The notes beneath the pieces are model-generated. The model had not been told where the DNA came from and did not search any database. It saw only the letters and a list, made by a program, of their open reading frames with translations. 64,000 nucleotides of DNA from Eledone cirrhosa (lineage: Eukaryota), in assembly GCA_964016885.1 (NCBI GenBank), contig OZ024740.1, positions 98,890,001 to 98,954,000 on the forward strand. The letters are read 5' to 3'. Made by a program: the position numbers and the translations under genes. This document shows positions 1-12,295 of this stretch, piece by piece (position 1 is the stretch's first letter; each line of letters begins with the position of its first letter).

Positions 1-34
1 TAAGGTAAGTATATACGTTCAACAATCTGGCAGG

Positions 35-89
35 AAGGTATACGTTGCTGACGATAGCTAACAAGCTTTAAACTAGTACAGCGTTCCTT
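35..89 (+). ncRNA. Type I hammerhead ribozyme motif, copy 1 (GAAA mutated to TAAA, probably inactive)
   Basis: acgttg-CTGACGA-t-agct-aaca-agct-t-TAAA-ctag-TA-cagcgt. The conserved G of GAAA is T in this copy only. Confidence 0.7.
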
Positions 90-458
90 TGTCAGTGTTG
101 AACAAACGAGCAACGGTGGTTGCTAGACACTACGGCTTAATACGGGATGTTTGTTTACAAACACACCGAGCATTATAATAAATGTTCGGTGAATCCATAC
201 GTGCATATATATATGTGTGCATGTATGTATATATATATATATACATACTACTGTACGTCGGTATACATATATGTATGTACGTGTACATACTTATATTTAA
301 GTAACAGCCGTACTAAGAGTGGGAAATGAAATATCGTTTCATTTTTTCCGTTTATCGTTTTCGGTGCACCCGGCCGATTAACCCACTCGATATGCATATT
401 GGGCTACTCAGCCGTTAATATGCATAAGGTAAGTATATACGTTCAACAATCTGGCAGG

Positions 459-513
459 AAGGTATACGTTGCTGACGATAGCTAACAAGCTTGAAACTAG
501 TACAGCGTTCCTT
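459..513 (+). ncRNA. Type I hammerhead ribozyme motif, copy 2 (intact core)
   Basis: Stem I acgttg/cagcgt extended by aagg/cctt; CTGACGA; stem II agct/agct; GAAA; palindromic stem III ACTAGT; cleavage triplet GUA. Confidence 0.85.
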
Positions 514-880
514 TGTCAGTGTTGAACAAACGAGCAACGGTGGTTGCTAGACACTACGGCTTAATACGGGATGTTTGTTTACAAACACACCGAGCATTAT
601 AATAAATGTTCGGTGAATCCATACGTGCATATATATATGTGTGCATGTATGTATATATATATATACATACTACTGTACGTCGGTATACATATATGTATGT
701 ACGTGTACATACTTATATTTAAGTAACAGCCGTACTAAGAGTGGGAAATGAAATATCGTTTCATTTTTTCCGTTTATCGTTTTCGGTGCACCCGGCCGAT
801 TAACCCACTCGATATGCATATTGGGCTACTCAGCCGTTAATATGCATAAGGTAAGTATATACGTTCAACAATCTGGCAGG

Positions 881-935
881 AAGGTATACGTTGCTGACGA
901 TAGCTAACAAGCTTGAAACTAGTACAGCGTTCCTT
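881..935 (+). ncRNA. Type I hammerhead ribozyme motif, copy 3 (intact core)
   Basis: Same sequence as 459-513. Confidence 0.85.
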
Positions 936-1195
936 TGTCAGTGTTGAACAAACGAGCAACGGTGGTTGCTAGACACTACGGCTTAATACGGGATGTTTGT
1001 TTACAAACACACCGAGCATTATAATAAATGTTCGGTGAATCCATACGTGCATATATATATGTGTGCATGTATGTATATATATATATACATACTACTGTAC
1101 GTCGGTATACATATATGTATGTACGTGTACATACTTATATTTAAGTAACAGCCGTACTAAGAGTGGGAAATGAAATATCGTTTCATTTTTTCCGT

Positions 1196-1231
<36 letters not shown>

Positions 1232-1233
1232 AA

Positions 1234-1380
1234 GTATGGGTTATATCCAACATTAATAATAATGTTCGATTTATTCGTAAACAAATGACCCGATTTGAAG
1301 CCGAGTGGCACAGCTTCAAATCGGGTCATTTGTTTACGAATGAATCAAACATTATTATTAATGTTCGATATAACCCATAC
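1234..1380. repeat. Short foldback (inverted repeat, ~68-bp arms)
   Basis: gtatgggttatatc...gacccgatttgaagc pairs with gcttcaaatcgggtc...gatataacccatac around a ~10-nt loop. Confidence 0.85.
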
Positions 1381-1536
1381 GTACATATATATATCTATAT
1401 ATGTGTGTGTATGTATATATATATATATACATATGTGTGTATATATATTTGTGTGTACGTGTGCATACTTACATTTATGTATCAGCTGTGCTAGGGCGAG
1501 AAATAAAATTGTAATTTTATATAAGTATCTATATAT

Positions 1537-1868
1537 ATCATCATCATTTCATTTTACGTCCGCTTTTTCCCTGCTTGCAAGGGTGGGACGGGAACTGATT
1601 TTAGCTTGATTTCTACAGCTGGGTGCCCTTCCTAACACCAACCTCATTTACAGTGAGTGCTCGGTGCTTTTTTGCGTGGCACCTCCACGACCACTTTGCA
1701 GTGGAATGATATAGACCCCGGTCGTATCATCTCACTTCTACAGCTGAGTAAACTGGAGCGATGTGAAATAAAGTGTCTTGCTCAAGGAAACAACACAACA
1801 CCCAATCTGAGAATTGAACTCACAACCTTTCGATTGCAAGGCCAATTCTCTAACCACTAAGCCATGTG
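1537..1868 (-). mobile_element. tRNA-derived SINE, family A (CORE/Meta-like central motif, RTE-type tail)
   Basis: Minus strand shows A-box 'tggcttagtgg', B-box-like 'gagttcaattc', central 'tccttgagcaagacactt' and a (gat)n tail. Homologous to 51028-51366. Confidence 0.8.
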
Positions 1869-1887
1869 TGTGTTGAGACAGATATTG

Positions 1888-2388
1888 TTTGGGAGGGTCA
1901 CGTTGCCAATAAGAAACATATGCACCAGTTGCTTTCACTTCAATTTATTATAAATTAAATTTATAAATTTAGGAATTTATAAATTTCCAGTTGGTTGGTT
2001 GGTTCCACAACCAGATGATTGTTCATATATTGTCAAAGTTCTTTCGTCACACATTCTGTGACTGGGGATTGTTTTCTTTGTTTTTGTGCCTCTCCTTTGT
2101 TCTGTCCTACGCCATCTTGTTTTTGTGTGTGTTGTGTGCTTAGTTTGTACATGTGTTACATCCGGGGGTCTGTGTGTGTTTAAACAAAGAAAAGAATCCC
2201 AGTCACTGAAGAGGTCACATAATGTGTGACGAAAGAACTTTGACAATATATGAACAATCATCTGGTTGTGGAACCAACCAACCAACCGGGAATTTATAAA
2301 TTCCTAAATTTATAAATTTAATTTATAATAACTTGAAGTGAAAGCAACTGGTGCGTGTGTTTCTTATTGGCAACATGACCCTCCCAAA
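1888..2388. mobile_element. Foldback element (~200-bp arms) with a hammerhead motif in the right arm; probable non-autonomous PLE remnant
   Basis: Arms tttgggagggtca... / ...tgaccctcccaaa. A shorter copy of the same family lies at 62758-62990. Confidence 0.8.
2202..2244 (+). ncRNA. Type I hammerhead ribozyme motif
   Basis: gtca-CTGAAGA-g-gtcacat-aat-gtgtgac-GAAA-gaac-TT-tgac. Stem I gtca/tgac, 7-bp stem II with one extra G, triplet CUU. Confidence 0.7.
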
Positions 2389-2700
2389 GTATAACAATAT
2401 ATATATATATATATTTATATAATACGTAGATAGATAAGTCACTCTACTGCCCTAAGTATTGAGTACTCTGGTGCATTATGGTCCATCTGGTTCCTTACCT
2501 CACTTCCTTCGTTTTATATATATATATATATATTGAGATACAACCGGTACTGGCATTGATAAATATGCTGGGTCCGTCAACCCTTATTATTATTATTATT
2601 ATATATGTATATGTATATATGTTAATGTATATATGTATGTATATGTATGTATATGTGTATATGTATATGTATATATATATGTATATATGTATATATATAT

Positions 2701-2890
2701 AATAATTGTTTCTACCTTTTGGCACAAGGTCAGCAATTACCCAGTGCATTACTGGTACTTTATTTTATCGACCCCGTAAGGATGAAAGGCAAAGTGAACC
2801 TCGGCGAGATTTGAACTCAGAATGGCAAGGGCCGTAACTCTATGCGTCAAAGTATGGCGTCCGACCCTCTACCGATAATGCCAATCTACC
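2701..2890 (-). mobile_element. tRNA-derived SINE, family B (Deu/Nin-like 'gcctttcatccttacggggtcgataaaat' domain)
   Basis: Minus strand 'tggcattatcggtag...gagttcaaatc' A/B-box-like motifs and an (att) tail. Many copies in the window. Confidence 0.8.
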
Positions 2891-2914
2891 TATAATAATG
2901 ACAATAATGATAAT

Positions 2915-3290
2915 GAAATTATTGTTTACAGTGCTCAGGTGCACTACAACTCTTCAAAGGTGCATATATGGTACACAGAATAATATACAAATGTCAGGGA
3001 AGTGAATAGTGTATGAGTCATGATATACATGTGTGCATGTGTATGGAGATCGAATATTAGGTGTAGTGTTGGTGAATCTCAGGAAGCATGGAGATTTTAA
3101 AGGATACAGTGTTTTGACAGCTAATAACTGATGCAAGTAATTTGTTCCATGCTTCAGCAACTCTGAGCGTGAAAAAGTGTTTCTGAAAGTCATGGGGGCT
3201 GTACTGTTTTCTGACTTTGATGGCATGTCCACGTGTGTTAAACACATGAAAATCAAAAAGGTACTCAGGGTTGTTGCTGTTGGCAAGATG
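2915..3290 (-). mobile_element. CR1/L2-clade LINE 3' fragment
   Basis: ORF 3057-3431(-) contains TRGHAIK...KHFFTLRVAEAWNKL, the typical CR1 ORF2 C-terminus, followed by a 3' UTR and an (att)-type tail. Confidence 0.75.
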
Positions 3291-6200
3291 GTTAATTACG
3301 TTGTCAGTGTTTACCAAGTCAGTTGCCGTCGCAGGAAATTCTTTTCTCCATAAGGTTCGTGCATATAATAATGTGCTTGCCTTAGCTTCAATTGGTTGCA
3401 AAGAGATTAAAGCACCAGGATTTAGTCCCACATTTAAGATCCAAGGTAAGATTTGTCATATTATTGCATCACTACTTCCAAGTAATGCTTCACCCAAGTT
3501 TGCTCAGCTTTACTTCTATGATACAGATCATGAGCTTCAGATTGGCTTGCATCATGCTAATTTGGATGCTGCTGTCCTGCAGGACCTGCAAGAAGAATTG
3601 CACTACAGCAACACCTATATAAGAAGCTTCAAGTCAGTCATTGAAATGCCAGTCTCTGAAAATGTGAACATTGTCCTACATGCTGACAAAGTAAAACCCA
3701 CTGATTTTCATTGTCGCACATATAATCTTTCCATGGCATCTGAGATTGCTGTTATTCAACCTGAGACAGCATTAGGTCTCTTAGAAGTCATCATTCATAA
3801 AAGAAATGGTGGTCTTCAGAGGATTCATCAGTTGCACCGTTCTTATGATCCTCTACATTATGTGCTACTGCTTCCTTGGGGGAATGATGGGTTTCAGGTT
3901 GGTTTGAAAAGGATTGACAACAACCACACACTCACTCCCACTGATTTCTACTGTTATTGGTTTCAGGTTAGGCAAGGTGACTGTAACATTATCATGAAGA
4001 GCAGTCAGCTGATGCAGCAATATGCTGTAGATGCCCAGGCAAAAATAGAACATTGTTGCCTCAAATGGGCTCGCAACATGATACAAGCTGAAAAGTATGA
4101 GGGTTTGTATGATGCTGTGGCTGAAGGAGATTCAGTAAATGCAGGCCGGAGAATTTTTCTTCCTCCTTCAATCTATGGTGCCACTCGCTTCTACAGTGAA
4201 TGCTTTCAGAATTCGATGACTGTAGTTCGACATATGGGAAAGCCATGTTATTTCATCATGGTAAGAACTAACCACTAACTGGGATGAAATAAAAGATAGT
4301 TTGCACCCTCGCGAAGAACCTAGAGACCGTCCTGATATTTGTGCAAGAGTTTTCAAGATCAAATATGACAGCCTCGTGGATGACATACTGAAAAGAAATG
4401 TCCTAGGAAATGTTGTGGCTCATTCTGCTACAATAGAGTGGCAGAAACGAGGCCTCACTCATGCTCATATTCTGCTGATAATGGCTGAAGATAGTAAGAC
4501 CAAAACTGCTGATGCCATTGATCAGGTAGTGTACTGTGAGATTTCAGATAAAGTGAGCAATCCAATTCTGCATAAGATCATCACAATCTGCAACATTCAT
4601 GGTCCATGTGGACAAGCTAATATGATGTGCCCATGTATGGAAGGGCTAGGACAACAATGCCATTGTCCAAAACGTTATCCCAAGGCATTCAGACAAACCA
4701 CATTTGTTGCACAAAATTCCTTTCCGGAGTATAGAAGAAGGGATAGACAGTATGGTGCTCACACCCCTACAATCCAACTTAAAGGTCAAGAATTTACTGT
4801 TGATAATCGTTGGATTGTTCCATACAACCATTTTCTCTCATTGAGATATCAGTGCCACATCAATTGTGAGGTTGTCCACAGTGTCAAGGCTGTTAAGTAC
4901 TTATATAAGTACATCACAAAAGGATCAGACAAGATCACTTTCACTACTAAGGATGATCAAAGAAATTGTGTCCATGTCCAAAATGAGATTGAGACCTATA
5001 TCAATGCACGGCACATCTCAGCCATAGAAGCATTCTGGAGAATCTATAAATTTCCATTATATCATTGAAAACCACCAGTTGAAAAGTTGCCTTGCCATTT
5101 ACCTGGGGAATAAATGGTCGTGTATGAGTAAGGGCAGGAAGAAAGTGTTGTTTCTAGGGGACAGCCAATGAATAAGTTGACGGAATATTTTCAACTGACT
5201 ATTAGAGACCCACTGGCACAAAACATATTGTATATTGATATTCCTAAATATTTCACTTGGACAAACAAAAAGTGGCAAAGAAGAAAAAAGGGACATCTGG
5301 ATGATGGTCAAAAATTTATGAGTGAATCTCTTGGACGCATTCCAACAGTATCTCTCAGTAGACATCAATCTGAATTATATTACCTCAGAATGATCCTACA
5401 TCACAAGGCTGAGTCAACTTCATACAAAGATTTGAGGACAAATGAAGGAGTTGAATTTCCAAGATTCCAAGAAGCATGCAAGAAACTTAGTCTGTTAGAT
5501 GAAGATGGAGAAAAAGACAAAGCTATGGCAGAGGCCTCATCCGTTATGCTTGGTCCTCAGCTGCGAGAGATCTTCTGCACCATGTTATTGTACTGCATGC
5601 CAAATGGCCCTCTGCAGTTCTGGGAGAAATGGAAGAATTGTCTTGCAGAGGATACCATGCATGAACGTCATGAGCAAGTCATGTCCATGCAAACCGTGCA
5701 GATTGTTCTACAGAAGATCCAACAAAGACTTCAACATGGTGGCTTGGACATTCAGCCAACTATTCATGCCAACTTCCTCGGCCAGACCCAACTATTGTTG
5801 CCATACCAGAAATCAACAGGCTTCGTATGACAGAAACTGATTTCAATACAAACCAACTATAAGCAAACATAAATGAACTTCTGACAACATTGAATCCTGA
5901 GCAACTGGTTATTTTTCACAAAGTAATCATCTCTGTAAATGAAAATGAAGGCAGAATTTTCTGCTTGAATGCAAGTGCAGGTACAGGAAAGACCTATGTC
6001 ATAAACATCCTATTGGATTACCTCCGATCTAAAAAAGAAATTGCACTTGTCACTGCCATATCTGGAATAGCAGCTACTTTGCTTCACAAAGGTAGAACTC
6101 TTCATTCTAAGTGCAAGTTTCCTCTCAATGTGACTGCTGAATCAACAGGTAAACTTATGCAGCAGGCTGACCTGCAAATCATTGATGAGAGAGGTATGGG

Positions 6201-7219
6201 ACATAAGTATATCTTTGAATGCCTTGACAGGAGCTTCAAAGATATTTGAGATTGCAAAAAACCATTTGGTGGTCTAACAGTATTACTATATAGTGACAGG
6301 AAGCAAATTCTTCCAGTTGTACGTCATGGTGCTAGACCACAAATAGTTGAGGCAACCATCAAGAGATCCTATCTCTGGGACTATGTGGAAACCATGGAGA
6401 TGACAACCAGTCAAGGGTTAATTAACACAGAGGATTCTGATGAAAGACAGTTTGCAAACTACCTTCTTGATGTGGGAAATGGTAACATACCAACTGTTCC
6501 AACTGTAGGTGCATTCACAATTCTTCTGCCAAATGAACTTTGTCTGGAATATGGTAATGTGTCTGGACTGTGTGATTTTGTGTATATAAATCTTCCAGGA
6601 AACTACACAAACCCATTATGGCTTGCAAATAGAGCCATTATTACTCCAACAAATGATGCAGCAAGATTGGTGAATGAGTTCATGGTAAACAAGTTCCCTG
6701 GTCATAAAATAATCTACAGAAGATAATGAACTGCAATATCCAATTGAGTTCATTAACAAACTTGCCCCATCAGGCTTCCCAAACGGCATACTTAAACTGA
6801 AGAAAGGCAGTTGCATCATGCTTCTGAGAAATCTGGATCCTCTAAATGGGCATTGCAATGGTACATGCTACATCATCATTAGTTTACATAATCATGTAAT
6901 TGAAGCTGAAGTGGCATTGGGTCCCAATGCTGGAACATGGTTGCTAATCCCAAGGATACCACATGTATCTCAAGAGCTTGAGTTCCCTTTCACCTTTACT
7001 CGCAAGCAATTTCTTGTCAAACCAGCCTTTACCCTTACATGCAACAAGGCACAAGGGCAGACATTTGAAAAGATAGGTGTATATCTACCAACACAATTCT
7101 TCTGACATGGTCAGATGTATGTTGCATTATCACAAGTTGCAAAAAAAGAAAATATAAAAATAGTAAATGAAAGGGGTCTGTTTGCTGACAAATGCGTCTA
7201 CAAAGAAATTCTACAGTGA
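3291..7219 (+). pseudogene. Helitron RepHel (HUH Rep plus PIF1-like SF1 helicase), fragmented by stops and frameshifts
   Basis: Successive ORFs carry FAQLYFYD, YDPLHYVLL, EWQKRGLTHAHILL (HUH), KYLYKYITKG (catalytic Tyr), ASAGTGKT (Walker A), IIDE, MLLRNLDP..GHCNGT and TCNKAQGQT. Confidence 0.95.
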
Positions 7220-7683
7220 TGTGAAACAGCTATCACTCTGTTTTAGTTGAAATGCATTTCAGTTTCTTTTTAACTGCTAGAAAAGGGACACTACAAAAAC
7301 TTAAGAAGTCTATATGTGAATACAGTAAAACAACAATATAGTGAAGGTCAACTCTTCCTATTGGTAAATGTAATTCATTCATTCCAGCAGCATCGATTTT
7401 CAAATTCACTGCTTGAAGCTTCCTATCGACATTCTTAAGTGAAGACTCATGAACATTTTCCGTCAACAGTTTCATCGCTTTTCCATCTCCATTATCGTCT
7501 TTTTTAAAATGTATCATGGATTACTTTACTGATTACAGAAGTAAGTGTAACACAGTCTTTGTTCAGTTTATGTGCATATTGTCAATTTACATATCATATC
7601 TATGTGCATATATATTTGCGTATATCAATATGCACACTATATATGCTAGCAGAAAACCGCCCGAAGTGCTGTTCTTCTGCTAG
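3291..7683 (+). mobile_element. Helitron, 5' end missing or interrupted, 3' terminus ...CTAG|T
   Basis: RepHel pseudogene, then a terminal hairpin ctagcagaa...ttctgctag at 7646-7683 ending in CTAG followed by T. Confidence 0.75.
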
Positions 7684-9334
7684 TGAATAATAATAGTATT
7701 TGATCCATTTGAAAGCAAATAATCTCATTATGCTAGATGACCATCGTCCTTTTGTTCTAGTGGAGGCACAGAGAAACAATCGACAACATTGTTTCTGGGT
7801 TATTGCCCATCGTCAAATTGTGTATCTCTTTTCTATTACTCAGTAGAACTCTTGAGAATATATAGTATTTTCTAAAGTATACATTGGCTGATTAGCCTAA
7901 TTTGCATACTGAGCAATTATATATCTATTTATCTGTCTGTACACATTTTCCAAAGTCTCAGTCTTGGATAATCTTACCTTAATACATGTCTATAATCATC
8001 CATACAATAATAATTACTTACATTATTCAGCATTATAAACTATATAGAATTCAGCAAAGCATTATTGATTTCAACTCATTCAATGACGTTGCAATTTATA
8101 GTAAACCTTAAGAGCCATAAGTTATATATCTCATCATGGACAAATGTATGCGACTTCTGAAAATGAATACACCTACATTTACAACAAAGTCAAGTCAATA
8201 GATAACAAGTCAATATGCCTAGAGACCATGATGGTATGAAGAGAGTAATGATGTTAAAGTGGGTAATGGAAGAGTTATTGCAGCTGCATATTTCCAAGTT
8301 AGAGAGATAGAATGAGTAAAGGATAGGATTAGATCTAAGTGATGGTCAAACCGAGTGATCAATAACAGTAATGAGTGACGTGGGGGAGCAGATACAATAG
8401 CTATCTGTGCAGAAAGATGAGATTAAATATATTCATATATTCAGATCCATTTGTGCTGTAAGTTAAGGCCATGATTATTGTTGAATATTTAAAAAGTTCA
8501 AGATCAAAGGCATTGCTGAGAGATTATGAAGTTCATGGTCACAGGCAAGGATCTGTGATTAAGTAGTTTCCATTGCAATGATGTGATTTGAGGTTTGATC
8601 CTACAACTTTGCTTTTCATCATTTCAAGGTTGATAAAAATGTACCAGGTTGATAAAAATGTACCAATGGTTCCTTTATATCTCTTTTTCCCTTCCTCTCT
8701 CTCACTTTCTATCTTTCTCTGGAAGATATCTGCCATGTTCAGACATGAAGAGGGATGGGCTCAGCCAGGCTTTAAATGTCCAAGAACACCATGTTCTGTT
8801 TTTCCTACATTCATATATGTGAAGGCTTACTGTATCATTCTACCTTATTAAGTCAATAAAATAAATACAAGAAAAATTATTACTGTTATTTAAACTGACT
8901 GCACTTCATCTTCCAGATTTGTTGCTACCATCATGTTCAGACTTTATCTGTCCACTAAAAGATGGTCTCCCCAAGCTGGTGTCAAATGTCTTTATTGTGT
9001 GCCTCTCTCATCCATGTATCACCTATAACATTATTATTGATCTCATTTTTCCAGGATAGAGATAAAAAGTAATAGGTTCCTGTAGACAAAAGGAATAGAG
9101 GGAAGAATAATGAGGTGAAGCTGATAAGATGCTAATTACGGAAATGTTTATTAAATAAAAATAGAGAAGAAAAAAGAAATAAAGACATTTAGCCTTTAAA
9201 AACCTACCTATGTCCATTGCCTATGTAATACCATGCTGTTGTTGCTGTTACTGCTGCTACTTGTTGTTGTTGTTTAATCCCAAAGTCTGCTTTGATTGAA
9301 TATACTTAATATCTAAATCATTCTGGCCACACAT

Positions 9335-9490
9335 CTTGTATGTATGAATGTGTATGCATGTATGTATGTGCATATGTATGTATACATAAATGTATGTAAG
9401 TATATGCATGTATGTATGCATGCATATTTATGTATGTATGTATGTTTGCAATGCATGCATATTTATGTATGTATATATCTATATATGTGT
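9335..9490. repeat. (TATG)n-type microsatellite
   Basis: Direct reading; a similar tract is at 10980-11090 and 54830-55010. Confidence 0.9.
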
Positions 9491-9639
9491 GCAAATTATG
9501 TTTCAAGTGGTTTTATGAGAATGTGTGCATCAGTGCAAGTGTATGCGTTAGCATGTGAGCATTTTATTCCCAATGGATTTCCTAGTTTTCATTCTTTGTG
9601 CAATAAAATCAGTGTCAGTCACACCTTGTTGAGCTGGTG

Positions 9640-9806
9640 CATCATCATCATCATCATAACCACCATCCCATCATCTTCATCCTGATCATCATCATCCATC
9701 TACTACCAGTCATCATCATCAACCCAACTACACTATTATCATTGTTATCACCACCATCATTATCATCATCAGCATCAACACCAACCACCACCACCATCAT
9801 GACAGG

Positions 9807-9857
<51 letters not shown>

Positions 9858-10580
9858 AACAACAAAGCTTCATTATCTATATTATTGGAATGCCATTCTC
9901 TGTGGTTAGATTACCAACACATCAGAGAATCTCCTGGGAATAGGAATTTGATATTAGATGCTGACAGAGTTGTTCAAGGAAGACTACCTGTACTAATATC
10001 ACCATTACAACCACTAGCACTACAACAACAACTACCATTGTCACTACCAGCACCACCATCATAACTACCAGCACTACAATAGTAACAAAAAATGTTGCAG
10101 CCACAATGACCATAACAACCACCATCACAACAACAACATCAACTGTGACCACCATGACCACAACTATCAATACCAATACAACCATCAGAGCAGCCACCCC
10201 CATCATTATCACTGATACCACCACATCCCCACTGCCATTGCCAACACCAATTACTCTCTAGCACTCCAATTACTACCATCACTATTACCACAATCACAAT
10301 TAATATCACCACTATTGCCACCACCAACAGCAAACTCATTACCTTTTCAACTACCCCACCACTACAACATCAACCAAAAATACCACCAGCTCTACTACCA
10401 ACAGAGCAACAACTAGTTTCACCCCCACAACAACTATTAACAGAACTACCTCCACACTAACAGCAAAACCACAGCAAACAGCACAACTATCACCTTTATC
10501 ACAATCACTATCACCACCAGAATAATAACCATCAAGAGTTCTGGCAAGACCATCACACACCTTCACTGGCACCACCATCC
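9640..10580. repeat. Degenerate trinucleotide low-complexity tract (CAT/CAC/TAC/AAC)n
   Basis: Direct reading; produces spurious poly-T, poly-H and poly-V ORFs. Confidence 0.9.
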
Positions 10581-11736
10581 TATCAGATGGTGGTGCCAGT
10601 GAAGGTGTGTGATGGTTGCTTAACTTACAACCAATAACCAATATTAACAATTCTTCTTCTTCTTCTCCTTCTCCTTCTTCTTCTTCAGTAATGGCATGTC
10701 CAACCATTGCTAGCAGGGAAAGGGAATGTAAAAATAATGAGGATGATGTACTATGCCTGTAAACAAAAACAACATGATCATGGTTAAAACGCTGTTGTTC
10801 ATAGGTCTTCATGAACATGGGAGAACTATGTCAGAGTTGAAAGCATTGTGGTTTTAGTTGCAACACTTTTGATAATACGTCTCCTCAGTCAACGATGATA
10901 TCCACAACAATATAAAAGTTATTGAATTAATATAGAAGGAGAATCAATAGAAGGAATTCTTGTTTGTTTGTGCACAATATATATGAATGTATGTATGTAT
11001 GCATTTGTATGTATGTATTTGCATATGAATGTATGCATGTATATATGTATGTGCATTTGTATGTATGTATGTGCATATGCATGTATGCTTCTATAAGTGG
11101 GCCAGCAATTTAATATATATTTCAGTAAGTTATTATAAATAAAGAGTTACCAATTATATATTGAATACGAATTCCAAGTTAACTAACACCTCTATAAAAG
11201 TGGTTTATTACTCTGCAAAATTTCACCTGTTGAAGTTTTATGTAGTTTTAAACATTTGATGATAGTAAATTTCATTATGTTACAATTTATTCATACTTGA
11301 ATATTATAAATTTAGATGTGCAGAATTATATTATGATTCAGTGGAATTACAAATTGGTATGATTGTAGCCAGGCAAGAAAGAATTATATATTCAAAATGT
11401 TAGAGAAAATAGTTAAAAATAAAAAGGAATAGCATTCATCACAATAAAGTTCAATTAAATATAATGTATTGAAACTGAATATACAGTGGATAGCAAAATC
11501 ATTAGAGCATTCGACAAGTTAGACATGATTTGCTATACAGTCAGATGTTTCTGGGTTTAATCTAACCATGTGGTATTTTGGAAGAAAGCCTTCAACCAAG
11601 GTCTTAATTTGAACACTACATTCATCATCTTAATTTATAGTTCATATTCCCTGCTAGCAAGACAGAAAATATGCAGTGATGTGTTATGGGAGTACATATA
11701 TATATTTCTGGATATAAGAGAATTGAAGCATTGTGT

Positions 11737-12010
11737 AAAATGTGAAGATTGAAGGCCATGACAATACAAAATGGACAAACGAAAAAATAAGAGGAAACAA
11801 GATGTTATGCGTTACCTTATTTATTTATCTGGCCTGATATTTCGAGATAAAATCTCTTCTTTGGGTCACTTTTTATATTCCTCCAAAGAAGGGATTTTAT
11901 CTCGAAATATCAGGACAGATAAATAAATAAGGTAACACATAACATCTTGCTTCATCTTATTTTCTTGTTTGTCCATTTCAAATTGTCGTAGTCTTCAAAC
12001 TTCACATTTA
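11737..12010. mobile_element. Foldback element (~125-bp arms) with a degenerate hammerhead at the start of the right arm
   Basis: Arms taaaatgtgaagattgaag... / ...cttcaaacttcacattta. Motif tcct-CCAAAGA-a-ggga-tttta-tctc-GAAA-ta-TC-agga at 11879-11915. Confidence 0.75.
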
Positions 12011-12017
12011 TTTATAT

Positions 12018-12295
12018 ATCATCATCATTATCATCATCGTTTAACGTCTATTTTGCACACTTGCATGGTTTAGACAGGTTTGTCTCATTTAGAGGCAGGT
12101 TGGGTTGGCAGACCATGTCTCGCTCATATAGGACTGTTTCTGGCTGGTTTTCTATGGCTGGAACCCCTTCCTAATGCCAACCACATTTACAGTGTGTGCT
12201 GGGTGCTTTTTGCCATGTCTTTTACACAACCATTTTACTGTGTGGGCTGGGTGCTTTTTGTCGCGAAACCAACACAACCACTTTACAGTATGGGC
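12018..12295 (-). mobile_element. RTE LINE 3' UTR / RTE-tailed SINE fragment
   Basis: (cat)n-cgtttaacgtc...cccttcctaatgccaaccacatttacagtg is the reverse complement of the RTE 3' UTR at 60668-60828. Confidence 0.7.

Larger units (their letters stand above)
1..1197 (+). repeat. Head-to-tail tandem repeat, ~423-bp unit (about 2.8 copies visible, runs off the window start), one hammerhead motif per unit; retrozyme-like array
   Basis: 'taaggtaagtatatacgttcaacaatc' recurs at 1, 425 and 847. Units are near-identical apart from an internal (TA)n length. The third unit ends at ~1197 in a (TA)n tract. Confidence 0.93.

Noticed and set aside
1-1197. Possible CRISPR-like array
   Set aside because: Whole units are repeated with no unique spacers, and the context is eukaryotic.
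9637-10818. Thr/His/Val-rich ORFs that look mucin-like or membrane-like
   Set aside because: Degenerate trinucleotide repeats open in several frames on both strands; no supportable exon structure.
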